DNA of 64,000 bases from an uncultured Bacilli bacterium. GTDB taxonomy: Bacteria > Bacillota_I > Bacilli_A > RF39 > UBA660. The stretch is from contig CAKOLW010000003.1 in assembly GCA_934096405.1 (NCBI GenBank), positions 3,282-67,281 on the forward strand, given 5' to 3'. The notes below the pieces were generated by a model. That model was not told the DNA's origin. It saw only the letters and a program-made list of their open reading frames with translations, and did no database searches. Below, one piece after another: positions 47,801 through 56,421 of the stretch (positions are counted from its first letter, which is position 1; each line of letters starts with the position of its first letter). The translations under genes and the position numbers were made by a program.

Positions 47801-48027
47801 AATGACACCAGTAACAAGAGTAGTAGCCAATAAAGGTGAAACTACATATACTGTTACCCCTAATAGTGGTTATAAGTTAGCTAATTCAAGTATCAGTTGT
47901 GATGGAGGAGCTACTATAGAATTAACTAGTACTGGAGTTAAAATATCTAATATAACAAAAACACAAATTTGTAAAATAACATTGACTAAGAGTGGTCCAT
48001 TTAAAGAAGGAACATTAGCTGAGAGAA
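44803..48027 (+). repeat. Tandem direct repeat (unit 2252 bp); the first ~970 bp of each unit are near-identical
   Basis: 44803..45775 aligns with 47055..48027 at a constant offset of 2252. The identical antisense track ORFs 45336..45578 and 47588..47830 show 100% identity across at least 243 nt. Identity decays after GCTGAGA at 45773/48025. Confidence 0.9.
44812..47049 (+). CDS. Paralog P6: TM anchor plus mini-module plus Ig-like repeat plus conserved core with a Cys-rich insert
   Basis: N-terminal TM segment. The mini-module is FLTKYEYDLIGG...GIRPTVYLNEGTKVTGSGTVNDPYKI. Next comes TYTVTPNSGYKL. The core has LAEKILLDN, NNWIKFG, YWRIIRTNEDGGLRLLY, AIYCNDRS, KFSVSKASGGNGQLTYPIALITADE, WWTMSP and VRPVISLKSC. 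The C-terminus is ACAKAEN. The start may be the ATG at 44821. Confidence 0.85.
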   Translation: MIKMVKVRKSIIIFGIISIGLTICLLGSLDKNESNNKLIGILENTTSIDNYSTALTVFYNSLDKSNNEDDRNKNLLETTMFNCNSGGCTSLDNFKNIGFLTKYEYDLIGGDNSYLYNYSDYYVINNEGNIESLSGDSNSGIRPTVYLNEGTKVTGSGTVNDPYKISHYKDINFIAYTFNGKETDIKYSELIKTKAIKAINCENGTKATWDTEENVIKFKDTKVPDFCTIDFTDGIQITLNATNGTVMTPVTRVVANKGETTYTVTPNSGYKLTGSSISCDGGATIELTNKGVKISNITKKQTCKITLTKSGPFKEGTLAEKILLDNSRLASRSNFETFGATLDLPNIIYTTNNTEDGSTVYYYSGNNANNWIKFGKETTEGRCTYENEEVFYSKEGKYNKITTESECNSKTVCLEYGRPIFYDYSCSGTYYNNTYKRATWVASKSNQDTYWRIIRTNEDGGLRLLYVGPNPETKMGYIGQAQYNNTGDTIQNTDSMYVGYMYGTISDKRTNTNSSTIKEYLENWYKNNLFAKYDKYISKTAIYCNDRSSTYVSGNGSTYSSSTRLNILSPSYRCGDTGFGTLVEEFQAINDKFSVSKASGGNGQLTYPIALITADEIAFAGGRNQKYDENDASLNFNNKLYYYANSNGGSVIGASKSWWTMSPNHDGASYSSPYHIPTLKLVGGYQITQYTGTYYGALYTGYSYGVGLVRPVISLKSCVKFKNGNGTSGNPYEITIDDACAKAEN

Positions 48028-49253
48028 TACTTTTAAATAATCCAAATGTAGAGACAAGAAGTGATTTTAGTAATACATTTAATGCCGATTCTTTTAATGT
48101 AAATAAGGGTTTATTTACTATTTATAAGATTTCTAGCACTTCTGGTAATCAAATGACAGAAGATACAGATAATGATGGAATGGGTGAGGATGTATATTAT
48201 TATGCTGGATATACAGTTAATAACTGGGTAAAGTTTGGAACATATCCAACAGATTTATATTATTATAGTTATGTTTTAAATTCACGACTTTATACTGGCT
48301 ATGTTACTTCTAATTCTTCTTGTTGCCCTAGTGGTGTTACTTGTACCTGCAGTAAAATGTATTCTAAAGGTGATGATATTTTATGGAGAATAATTCGTAC
48401 TAATGAAGATGGCGGAGTAAGATTGTTATATACAGGTTTTAAGAATGGCATAATTAATAACGGAGAACTTATACAAAATAATTATACTTATACTATTCCA
48501 GGCTCTAGTGATAAATTTAACGATTTGGGTTATATGTATGGAATGGCTACCAGTTACAATGCGGCAACGATCGAGAACGCTAGACTAAATACTAATGATA
48601 GTGTTCAAAAAAATAGAATTGATACATGGTATCAAAATAATTTATTAAATGATTATGACAAATATATTAGTAAAACAGCTATATATTGTGATGACAGAAG
48701 CATTTCAGTAAGCAATTCAACTGAATGGTTTGGGACAGCTAAAAGATCTAGTAATAATACGCCTTCTTATTTATGCGGTAGCAATGGTACTGGTGGATTA
48801 TTTGAAAGTACTCAGGCAATAGAAGATAAATTTAGTGTAAGCAAAAGTTCTGGAGGAAATGGACAATTAAAATATCCAATTGGAATGATGACTGTTGATG
48901 AAGTTATCTTTGCTGGAGCACAATCTGGAAAAACTTCAGTATCTCCCTATTTTTGGTTGTTAAGAGATAAATATAATCAACAAAGTATGAATTCTTTCCA
49001 ATTATTTAGCTATCGAACTTTTCAAAAAACTACAACTTATGGAATTTATCGTTATATTATGACTCCTATTGTTAATAATAGTTCTAGTTCAATACTTTAT
49101 GATGTTTTAAATACAGATGGTTATACTGGAACTAATGGTTTAAGACCTGTTACTTCATTAAAATCTTGTGTTAAGTGGCTCAAAGGCGACGGTACAGCTA
49201 ACCACCCTTACGAAGTTACAATAGATGCTGCTTGTGCTAACACAGAAAATTAA
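47064..49253 (+). CDS. Paralog P7: tandem copy of P6 with a near-identical N-terminal ~320 aa and a diverged core
   Basis: The first ~320 aa are near-identical to P6. The core has NNWVKFG, LWRIIRTNEDGGVRLLY, AIYCDDRS, KFSVSKSSGGNGQLKYPIGMMTVDE and LRPVTSLKSC. The WWxxSP motif is degenerate. The C-terminus is ACANTEN. Confidence 0.85.
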   Translation: MIKMVKVRKSIIIFGLISIGLTICLLESLDKNESNNKLIGILENTTSIDNYSTALTVFYNSLDKSNNEDDRNKNLLETTMFNCNSGGCTSLDNFKNIGFLTKYEYDLIGGDNSYLYNYSDYYVINNEGNIESLSGDSNSGIRPTVYLNEGTKVTGSGTVNDPYKISHYKDINFIAYTFNGKETDIKYSELIKTKAIKAINCENGTKATWDTEENVIKFKDTKVPDFCTIDFTDGIQITLNATNGTVMTPVTRVVANKGETTYTVTPNSGYKLANSSISCDGGATIELTSTGVKISNITKTQICKITLTKSGPFKEGTLAERILLNNPNVETRSDFSNTFNADSFNVNKGLFTIYKISSTSGNQMTEDTDNDGMGEDVYYYAGYTVNNWVKFGTYPTDLYYYSYVLNSRLYTGYVTSNSSCCPSGVTCTCSKMYSKGDDILWRIIRTNEDGGVRLLYTGFKNGIINNGELIQNNYTYTIPGSSDKFNDLGYMYGMATSYNAATIENARLNTNDSVQKNRIDTWYQNNLLNDYDKYISKTAIYCDDRSISVSNSTEWFGTAKRSSNNTPSYLCGSNGTGGLFESTQAIEDKFSVSKSSGGNGQLKYPIGMMTVDEVIFAGAQSGKTSVSPYFWLLRDKYNQQSMNSFQLFSYRTFQKTTTYGIYRYIMTPIVNNSSSSILYDVLNTDGYTGTNGLRPVTSLKSCVKWLKGDGTANHPYEVTIDAACANTEN

Positions 49254-49310
49254 AAATAGTTGAAAAATCCATAAAATAATTGTATAATTTCTATAGAATA
49301 GAGGGATAAA

Positions 49311-49823
49311 ATGGATAATATAGTGATTCTTTGCATATTAATATTTTGTGCTAGGATAGTTGATACTTCTTTAGCTACTATAAGAACTGTGATGGTTGTT
49401 AAGGATAGGACTATACTCGCGTTTATATTTGCATTTTTTGAAGTATTTGTATGGTTTATGATTGTAAGAGAAGCACTTACCTCTGTAGAAAATGTTTGGC
49501 TACTTGCAATGTCTTATAGTTTTGGATATGCATGTGGTGTTATGGTTGGAATGTATATTACAGATAGATTTATAGTAAGTAATGTATCAGTTAATATAGT
49601 TGTTAAACAAAAAAAAGAAGTAGTTGATAAATTGATTGAACATAACTTTGCAGTTAGTGTTAGTAAAATTAAAGGTAAAGATTTAATAAGTAATAAATAT
49701 ATGATATTTGTGGCAACTACAAGTAAAAGAATAGATGAACTTAAAAAAATAGTAACTGAAATAGACAATCATGCATTTATTGTAGTTAGTGAAAATAAGT
49801 CAGTTTTAGGTGGTTATAGATAA
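49311..49823 (+). CDS. UPF0316-family membrane protein (DUF2179 C-terminal domain)
   Basis: IFCARIVDTSLATIRTVMVVKDR, three TM segments and a small C-terminal alpha/beta domain. Confidence 0.7.
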   Translation: MDNIVILCILIFCARIVDTSLATIRTVMVVKDRTILAFIFAFFEVFVWFMIVREALTSVENVWLLAMSYSFGYACGVMVGMYITDRFIVSNVSVNIVVKQKKEVVDKLIEHNFAVSVSKIKGKDLISNKYMIFVATTSKRIDELKKIVTEIDNHAFIVVSENKSVLGGYR

Positions 49824-49902
49824 AAAAGTCAAAAATCTTTAAAAGAAAAAAAGCGTTTTGGCTTTTTTTGTCGTATATAATATATGTAGGGTTTTAAAAA
49901 TA

Positions 49903-49931
49903 TTGACATTTAGTATAAAGTTTTGTACAAT
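49903..49931 (+). promoter_or_regulatory. Sigma-A-type promoter of dnaG-rpoD
   Basis: TTGACA (49903..49908), 17 nt spacer ending in TG, TACAAT (49926..49931). Confidence 0.65.
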
Positions 49932-49954
49932 ATTTACCAAATGAGGAGGGTACT

Positions 49955-51679
49955 ATGACATTTATTAATGATGAAACAATAAATAGAATTAGAAGAGAGA
50001 ATAATATAGTAGATGTTGTAGGTAGTTATATACCTCTAACTAAAAAAGGAAAAAACTATTTTGCTGTATGTCCATTTCATGATGATCATTCTCCATCAAT
50101 GTCTATAAGCGAAGAAAAACAAATATATAGATGCTTTGTATGTGGAGCAAGTGGTAATGTTATATCATTTGTCAAAGATTATGAAAAAGTCAGTTTTAAA
50201 GAAGCTTTAGAAATATTAGGTAAAAGAATAGGACTTGATATAAAAAGTGATGATAAGAAAGTAAATACTCCTTATAAAGGGTTTTATGATATATATAATG
50301 TTTATAAAGATTATTATAAAAATAATTTGTATTCTATAAAAGGTAAAAATGCTAGAGAATATTTATTAAATAGAAAATTAGATAAAGAAACAATAGATTA
50401 TTTTGATATCGGTTTATCTTTAGATGGAGAATTATCTAAGAGTATAGTAAATAAGTATGATAGAAATAAATTAGTTGATTTGGGATTATGTAGTAATGAC
50501 CTGAAAGATTTATTTCATAATAGAATTATGTTTACTATTAAAGATAATGATGGCAATACTGTTGCTTTTAGTGGAAGAAAGTATACTGAAATTGATGCTC
50601 CAAAATATATTAATAGTAAAGAGACTGTTATATTTAAAAAAGGTAGCATTTTATATAATTTATGTAATTCTAAAGAATATATAAGAAAAAGTAAAGAGAT
50701 AATTATAAGTGAAGGATTTATGGAAGTAATCAGGTTACATACTATAGGAATAGATAATACTGTTGCTTTGATGGGAACTAGTTTTACTAAGGAACACTTA
50801 AATATTATTAAAAATCTTAAATGTAATGTAGTACTAAATTTAGATCAGGATGAGGCTGGTAAGACGGCTACTATATTGATTGGAGATATGCTTGTTAAGA
50901 ATGGAATTGATCCTACTGTTATAATATTTAGTAAATATAAAGATGCAGATGAGTTAATAAGTAATCTTGGAGAAGATTCATTTAAGGAAGCATATAAGTC
51001 TAGAGTTAATTTTATAGATTTTAAATTAAATTATCTTAAGAAAAATAAAGATTTAAGTAATTCTGAAGATTTAAGTAAATATATAAGAGAAAGTATAGAT
51101 GCTATTAATTTAATAGATGATGATATATTAAGAGATATTAAGATTAAGGAACTTTCTAAGACATATGATATAAGTGAAGATGTTATTAGAAACAAAATAA
51201 CTAATAATAATGTTATAGAAAGAAAAGAGAAACCTAAAGTAGTTAAAAAGAATATTAAATATGATAAATTTGATGTAAGTGAAATAAGATTGTTATATTT
51301 AATGATGAATAATCCGGAGTTAATAAAATATTATGAAATTAATTTAGGATATTTAAATGATAGCAATAGAAAGTTACTTGCTGATGCAATTATAAATTTT
51401 AAAAATAGAAATAAAGTATTTGACTTAGGGGATTTTATTTGTTACACTATGCAAGTGGAAGAACTTGATAAAGTTTTTAAGAGTGTTATGGAATATCATA
51501 ATATTGATAATTATACTATGGATGAGGTAGATGATTATATTAATGTTATAAAAAAGAAAAAAGTAGATGAACAAGTTAATAAACTTAAAGACAAGATGAA
51601 AAATACAATAGATATAAATGAGAAAAAGAAGTTAGCTAGTAAGATTGAAAATATTAAGAGGGAAGTGTTAAAATGGTAA
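49955..51679 (+). CDS. dnaG: DNA primase
   Basis: Zn-ribbon [13 protein letters not shown]...[15 protein letters not shown] domain ([20 protein letters not shown]). Confidence 0.95.
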   Translation: MTFINDETINRIRRENNIVDVVGSYIPLTKKGKNYFAVCPFHDDHSPSMSISEEKQIYRCFVCGASGNVISFVKDYEKVSFKEALEILGKRIGLDIKSDDKKVNTPYKGFYDIYNVYKDYYKNNLYSIKGKNAREYLLNRKLDKETIDYFDIGLSLDGELSKSIVNKYDRNKLVDLGLCSNDLKDLFHNRIMFTIKDNDGNTVAFSGRKYTEIDAPKYINSKETVIFKKGSILYNLCNSKEYIRKSKEIIISEGFMEVIRLHTIGIDNTVALMGTSFTKEHLNIIKNLKCNVVLNLDQDEAGKTATILIGDMLVKNGIDPTVIIFSKYKDADELISNLGEDSFKEAYKSRVNFIDFKLNYLKKNKDLSNSEDLSKYIRESIDAINLIDDDILRDIKIKELSKTYDISEDVIRNKITNNNVIERKEKPKVVKKNIKYDKFDVSEIRLLYLMMNNPELIKYYEINLGYLNDSNRKLLADAIINFKNRNKVFDLGDFICYTMQVEELDKVFKSVMEYHNIDNYTMDEVDDYINVIKKKKVDEQVNKLKDKMKNTIDINEKKKLASKIENIKREVLKW

Positions 51680-52770
51680 ATGAATTAAAAACATTTGAAG
51701 AAATATTAAATGATTTAGTTAGTGAAGGAAAAAAACAAGGTTATTTAACTTATGAGCAAATTGCTAAAAAAACTAGTAGTTTAGAGTTAGATAGTAATAA
51801 TCTAGATGAACTTTATAATGTATTAAGTGAGAATCAAATTGAAGTTAGAAGTGAAGATGAAGGAGATACTGATGATACTTTAGCATTAGAAGAACCGGAA
51901 CTTAATATAGAAACTATAAGTAATGAAAGCAAAGATATGTCAGTTAATGACAATGTAAGAATGTATTTAAAAGATATTGGTAAAATTAGCTTACTTAGTT
52001 TAGAAGAAGAGCAAGAATTAAGTCATAGAATAGCTAACGGAGATGAAGAAGCTAAGAAGATACTTGCTGAATCTAACTTAAGATTAGTTGTTAGTATTGC
52101 TAAAAGATATGTAGGACGTGGATTATTATTCTTAGATTTAATTCAAGAAGGTAATATTGGACTTATGAAGGCAGTAGATAAGTTTGATTTTGAAAAGGGA
52201 TTTAAGTTTAGTACTTATGCTACTTGGTGGGTTAGACAAGCAATTACAAGAGCTTTAGCTGATCAAGCAAGAACAATAAGAGTTCCTGTACATATGGTTG
52301 AAACTATTAATAAGATGGCAAGAATTGAAAGACAAATGGCCCTTGATTTAAATCGTGAACCTACTGATGAAGAATTAGCTAAAAAGATGGGATTAACTTT
52401 AGATAAGATAGTAGAAATTAGAAAGATTGGACAAGATCCAGTTAGTTTAGAAACACCAATTGGTGAAGAGGATGATTCTCATTTAGGTGATTTCTTAGCT
52501 GACAAAGATACTATGAGTCCAGAAGAAGCAGCTACTTATGAATCTTTAAAAGAAGAACTTAAAAAAGTATTACAAACACTTACTAAAAGAGAAGAAGAAG
52601 TTTTAGAGTTAAGATTTGGTTTATATGATGGAACATGTCATACTTTGGAAGAAGTTGGTAAAAAATTTGGTGTTACTAGAGAAAGAATTAGACAAATAGA
52701 AGCTAAAGCACTTCGTAAGTTAAGACATCCTAGTCGTGCTAAAAAGTTAAAGGATTTCTTAGTTGACTAG
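51673..52770 (+). CDS. rpoD: Primary sigma factor RpoD/SigA
   Basis: Regions 1.1-4.2 are present: [83 protein letters not shown]. Confidence 0.97.
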   Translation: MVNELKTFEEILNDLVSEGKKQGYLTYEQIAKKTSSLELDSNNLDELYNVLSENQIEVRSEDEGDTDDTLALEEPELNIETISNESKDMSVNDNVRMYLKDIGKISLLSLEEEQELSHRIANGDEEAKKILAESNLRLVVSIAKRYVGRGLLFLDLIQEGNIGLMKAVDKFDFEKGFKFSTYATWWVRQAITRALADQARTIRVPVHMVETINKMARIERQMALDLNREPTDEELAKKMGLTLDKIVEIRKIGQDPVSLETPIGEEDDSHLGDFLADKDTMSPEEAATYESLKEELKKVLQTLTKREEEVLELRFGLYDGTCHTLEEVGKKFGVTRERIRQIEAKALRKLRHPSRAKKLKDFLVD

Positions 52771-53377
52771 GTTAGATGTAATTTCATCTTATATTAAAGA
52801 TGGAGAAAAAGTATTAGATGTTGGATGCGATAAAGCTCTTTTGAGTAGAATACTTGCTAGAAGGGGAATATATAGTGTTGCTAGTGATATTCATATGCAT
52901 ATTATAGATGAAGCTATTAGCTTAACTGATGATGAATTAAAGAAATATATTACTTTTAAAGTAGGGGATGGAATAACTATAGATAATGAAAGTGAATATA
53001 CATTAGTACTCGCAGGTATGGGTACATATACAATACTTAGTATTATTTCTAATAGTAAAAAAGAATTTAATAAAATAATTACTATATCTAATAATAATCA
53101 TGATATTTTAAGAAAAGAAATGTTAAAGTATGGATATGCTGTAAAAGAAGAAGAAATTATAAAAGAAAAAAATAAATACTATAATTTAATAGTATTTACT
53201 AAAGGTTATTTAGATTATTCTAAGGAAGAGTTAATTGTAGGATTAAATCATAATAATAAAGAACTTCTTAGAGAAAAAAATATATTTTTAATTGATAAAT
53301 ATAAAAAGATACTTAAAGACAAATATGTAGAAGAAATAGACGATTTAGTTAAAATATTAGAAAACTATAATTATTGA
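52763..53377 (+). CDS. trmK: tRNA (adenine22-N1)-methyltransferase TrmK-like
   Basis: SAM-binding [12 protein letters not shown]...ASDI. Its position after rpoD matches B. subtilis. TTG start overlaps the rpoD stop. Confidence 0.6.
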   Translation: MTRLDVISSYIKDGEKVLDVGCDKALLSRILARRGIYSVASDIHMHIIDEAISLTDDELKKYITFKVGDGITIDNESEYTLVLAGMGTYTILSIISNSKKEFNKIITISNNNHDILRKEMLKYGYAVKEEEIIKEKNKYYNLIVFTKGYLDYSKEELIVGLNHNNKELLREKNIFLIDKYKKILKDKYVEEIDDLVKILENYNY

Positions 53378-53658
53378 AAGAATGTTAAAGTATCTAAATT
53401 AAAATTACCACGATCACTATTATTAGTGATCTTTTTAAATTTGTTAACTGGTCGTTCTAAAGATTTAATTTCTTTTACTTCTGCTTCTTTTGCTGCATCT
53501 TTTATGCTTGTAACACTTTTAAAAGCACTTCTAACATTTTTTACTATTGGAGTTACTTGTTTATATATTGGAATAGCTTTATTTACTATACCTACAGTAT
53601 TATTTACACCACTTACTATTTTTGATAAATTAAATCCTTTAAATAGACTATTAGCCAT
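53371..53658 (-). CDS. Hypothetical small protein
   Basis: ATG at 53658 (MANSLFKGF) lies 5 nt after AGGTGG. I prefer it to the overlapping + strand ORF, which has no RBS. Confidence 0.5.
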   Translation of the reverse strand: MANSLFKGFNLSKIVSGVNNTVGIVNKAIPIYKQVTPIVKNVRSAFKSVTSIKDAAKEAEVKEIKSLERPVNKFKKITNNSDRGNFNLDTLTFFQ

Positions 53659-53765
53659 ATTTACCACCTAATATAATATATTTTATTTAGTAGAAAAATT
53701 TACAATATATATTTAAATTTAATAAAAAATTTGATAGAATGTATTTATAGGATGTGATAATAATT

Positions 53766-54503
53766 ATGAAAAAGCATTGTGGAACATGTGGAAAAGAAAT
53801 AGATAAATGTGTATGTGAAAATAAAAATGAAAGTAATATTAAAAGTGTATTTAAAGGAATAGGATTTACTATTATATTATTTCTATCTTATTTGTTAATA
53901 CCTACTTTTATAGCAACTTTAACATATCAAACATTTAAAATTAGTGAAAGTCTTGCTTCATTTATAGGTAATTTAGTTTACATACTTGGTGTTATTTATT
54001 ATTTTAGAAAGTTATTTGAAAAAGATTTATTAGATTATAAAAATAATTTTGGTAAGTATTTAGGGAATTCTTTTAAATATTGGGGTATAGGTTTAGCTGT
54101 TATGATGGTTACTAATTTAATTATAAATGTATTTGTGTTTAAGGGACAAATAGCTAATAATGAAGAAGTTAATCGTGCTTTTTTAGAAAGTTACAAAGTT
54201 ATTGGATTTATTCAAATAGTATTTATGGCACCTATCATAGAAGAATTAATATTTAGATACGGAATTAGTAAAATAACAAGACATAAATATATTTACCCAT
54301 TATTAAGTGCTTTAGCATTTGGACTTCCTCATGCTTTAACCAATATTACTTCACCTTTAGATTTACTTTATGTTATTCCATATGGGGCTTTAGGTTATGC
54401 TTTCGCAGCTTTATATAATAAAACTGATAATATTATTACTAATATAAGTATGCATGCTACTCATAATTTACTGGTTTATTTAGTTATAATATTAGCTATA
54501 TAG
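53766..54503 (+). CDS. CPBP-family intramembrane glutamic endopeptidase with an N-terminal Cys-rich ribbon
   Basis: Motifs EELIFRYG, FGLPHAL and HATHNL. N-terminal CGTCGKEIDKCVC. Confidence 0.8.
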   Translation: MKKHCGTCGKEIDKCVCENKNESNIKSVFKGIGFTIILFLSYLLIPTFIATLTYQTFKISESLASFIGNLVYILGVIYYFRKLFEKDLLDYKNNFGKYLGNSFKYWGIGLAVMMVTNLIINVFVFKGQIANNEEVNRAFLESYKVIGFIQIVFMAPIIEELIFRYGISKITRHKYIYPLLSALAFGLPHALTNITSPLDLLYVIPYGALGYAFAALYNKTDNIITNISMHATHNLLVYLVIILAI

Positions 54504-54510
54504 GTGTAAG

Positions 54511-55368
54511 ATGAAAGAAGAAAGTGTAGAAGAGGTAAAACCTAAAAGAAATAGATTAACTAATTTTTTAATTATTTTGGTTATTATATTATTGTCTTTA
54601 TTAATGTATTCTAAATATGTAGAAACAAGGCTTATAAGGGTTAAAGAATATTTAGTAAGTGAATCTAGCGTACCAAGTAATTTTAATGGAGTTAATGTGG
54701 TTTATTTTAGTGATTTATTATATGGTACTGTAGATGATAAGTTTGTAAGTAATTTAGTTGATAAAATAAATGACATGAAGCCTGATATTGTTTTATTTGG
54801 TGGTTCATTGATAAGTAAAGAATATAAACTATCTAGTAATGATAAGAAAGAATTGGTTAAAAGTTTAAGTAAGATAGATAGCACTATAGGTAAATATTAT
54901 GTTAATTCTTTTATAGATAAAGAAAATACTAAAGAAATAATGGAATCTAGTGGTTTTATTAATAAAGATAATATTGGAGAATTTGTATATAATGATAGTA
55001 ATACTCCATTATGTATTTATGGAATAGGTAGTTATAATTCTGGTAAGAGTGATGTTAGTGGATTAGTTAATTGTAATGGTTATTATACAATTGTATTTAC
55101 TCATGAAGGAGATATTTTTGATAAGGTTCTAGAACTTGATTTTAAACCTAATATTATGTTTTCTGGTAATTCTTTAGGTGGAGAAGTTAATTTACCTTTT
55201 TATAATAATTTAATTAAGTATAAAGGTAGTAATAAATATTATTTAGATTATTATAATAAAAGTAATATTAGAATTTATGTTTCTAATGGGTTAGGTACAG
55301 ATAAGCTTGGTTTAAGGCTTAATAATTTTCCGTCATTTACATTTATTAGGTTAAAAAGTACAGACTAA
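54511..55368 (+). CDS. Membrane-anchored metallophosphoesterase-like protein with degenerate metal-binding motifs
   Basis: The layout resembles YkuE-type phosphoesterases. However, DxH is SDLLYG, GD is GGS, and the later motif is FTHEGD. Confidence 0.45.
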   Translation: MKEESVEEVKPKRNRLTNFLIILVIILLSLLMYSKYVETRLIRVKEYLVSESSVPSNFNGVNVVYFSDLLYGTVDDKFVSNLVDKINDMKPDIVLFGGSLISKEYKLSSNDKKELVKSLSKIDSTIGKYYVNSFIDKENTKEIMESSGFINKDNIGEFVYNDSNTPLCIYGIGSYNSGKSDVSGLVNCNGYYTIVFTHEGDIFDKVLELDFKPNIMFSGNSLGGEVNLPFYNNLIKYKGSNKYYLDYYNKSNIRIYVSNGLGTDKLGLRLNNFPSFTFIRLKSTD

Positions 55369-55406
55369 TTAAAAAGCACCTCATATATTATTGTAAGAGG
55401 TGTTTT

Positions 55407-55604
55407 ATGTATACAAATTATATACCTAGAAAAGTTAGTTATAAAAAGGATACTCGTTTTGTTCCGTTTGCCGGACCATTCTTATTAGGTGCTTTAACTG
55501 GTGGTGTTGCAGTAGCGGCTGTTGGACCTAGACCAAGACCTTATTATGGTTATCCAAATAATGGTTATATGCCTTATCCAAGACCATATCCATATTATTA
55601 CTGA
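55407..55604 (+). CDS. Small Pro/Tyr-rich protein with one hydrophobic segment
   Basis: GAGGTG RBS; ...FAGPFLLGALTGGVAVAAVGPRPRPYYGYPNNGYMPYPRPYPYYY. Confidence 0.5.
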   Translation: MYTNYIPRKVSYKKDTRFVPFAGPFLLGALTGGVAVAAVGPRPRPYYGYPNNGYMPYPRPYPYYY

Positions 55605-55641
55605 TTTTTAAGGGGAAGGACAATTTATTATATTGTTCTTT

Positions 55642-56117
55642 TTATTTTGTTGTTTCTAATTCTTTTAATAGTAGTTTCTTGATTCTATCTGTATCAGCAA
55701 AGAAAACTTTACTACCATTTCTATGATATTTTAGTAAATTTTTAAAATTATTGGTTATTTCTTTTGTTAAAACACTACCTATTTTCGTTGGAATTCCATT
55801 TAAAGTGTGTACATGATCAATATATTTTTCTAAAGTTGGAAATGCGTTTTGAAATAATATAACTGAGTCTTGATTTAGTATTTTTCTTATCCATATAGTG
55901 TTACAAAAACCATATTTTTAATTTTTTTATCAATTATTTTATTGTATTTCTCAACTTTACTGCTAAGTGGTATAAACCATAATATATTTTTATCTTTAAT
56001 AGTAAAATATGTTGATCGTTTTTTACCATATTCGTGGTTAGTCATAAGGGTTTCATCACTGACTAAATCAAAGAATTCATCTTTGATGTGATATAAGTAG
56101 TCAGTTTTTATTTTCAT
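55642..56117 (-). pseudogene. Frameshifted gene (~158 aa if repaired); the N-terminal part is weakly ToxN/AbiQ-like
   Basis: Frame 1 (start 56117) gives MKIKTDYLYHIKDEFFDLV...STYFTIKDKNILWFIPLSSKVEKYNKII...NMVFVTLYG*. The next frame continues NTIWIRKILNQDSVILFQNAFPTLEKYIDHVH...KELETTK* to 55642. One extra T in the T5 run (plus-strand A5 at 55905..55909) joins the two frames. Confidence 0.6.
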
Positions 56118-56227
56118 ATATTGTGTTTTCCTTTCTTGTTCTATAAATATTTTATTAACTAATGTCATAATTTTAACACAAGTATATATGTTTACCAATA
56201 TAATGTTTGCTATGTATCAAATTTCTA

Positions 56228-56259
56228 TAAAAGAAAACTTCTATCAAATGATAGAAGTT
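56228..56259 (-). terminator. Intrinsic terminator on the minus strand
   Basis: On the reverse strand: AACTTCTATC-attt-GATAGAAGTT followed by TTCTTTT. Confidence 0.8.
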
Positions 56260-56347
56260 CCATATATTTTCCTTCGGGATCATTTATTTAACTCGCACCA
56301 CCCGTAAGCGAGAAACATTTGCATATTTGTGCATTTCTGTTGAATGC
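56228..56347 (-). ncRNA. Candidate ~120-nt noncoding transcript between the kinase gene and the frameshifted gene
   Basis: It is bounded by the promoter-like element at 56354..56382 and the terminator at 56228..56259. It has no RBS-preceded ORF. It contains an unusually GC-rich hairpin CTCGC-ttacgggtggt-GCGAG and TCC-cgaa-GGA. It may alternatively be the kinase 3' UTR. Confidence 0.35.
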
Positions 56348-56353
56348 AATATT

Positions 56354-56382
56354 AATATACTATATTTTATGCAAAATGTCAA
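56354..56382 (-). promoter_or_regulatory. Sigma-A-type promoter-like element on the minus strand
   Basis: On the reverse strand: TTGACA (56382..56377), 17 nt spacer, TATATT (56359..56354). Confidence 0.45.
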
Positions 56383-56421
56383 ATTTTATTTATATATTAT
56401 GATATTTATTTTTACTTTATT

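Noticed and set aside
45336-47830. Two identical 80-aa minus-strand ORFs (45336..45578 and 47588..47830)
   Set aside because: Their identity is a by-product of the P6/P7 tandem duplication. They are antisense to the coding frame and lack RBSs. I used them only as evidence of 100% nucleotide identity.
53426-53671. Plus-strand 81-aa hydrophobic ORF overlapping the minus-strand ORF 53371..53658
   Set aside because: It has a GTG start without an SD. The minus-strand ORF has AGGTGG plus ATG at proper spacing, so only one of the two is likely real.
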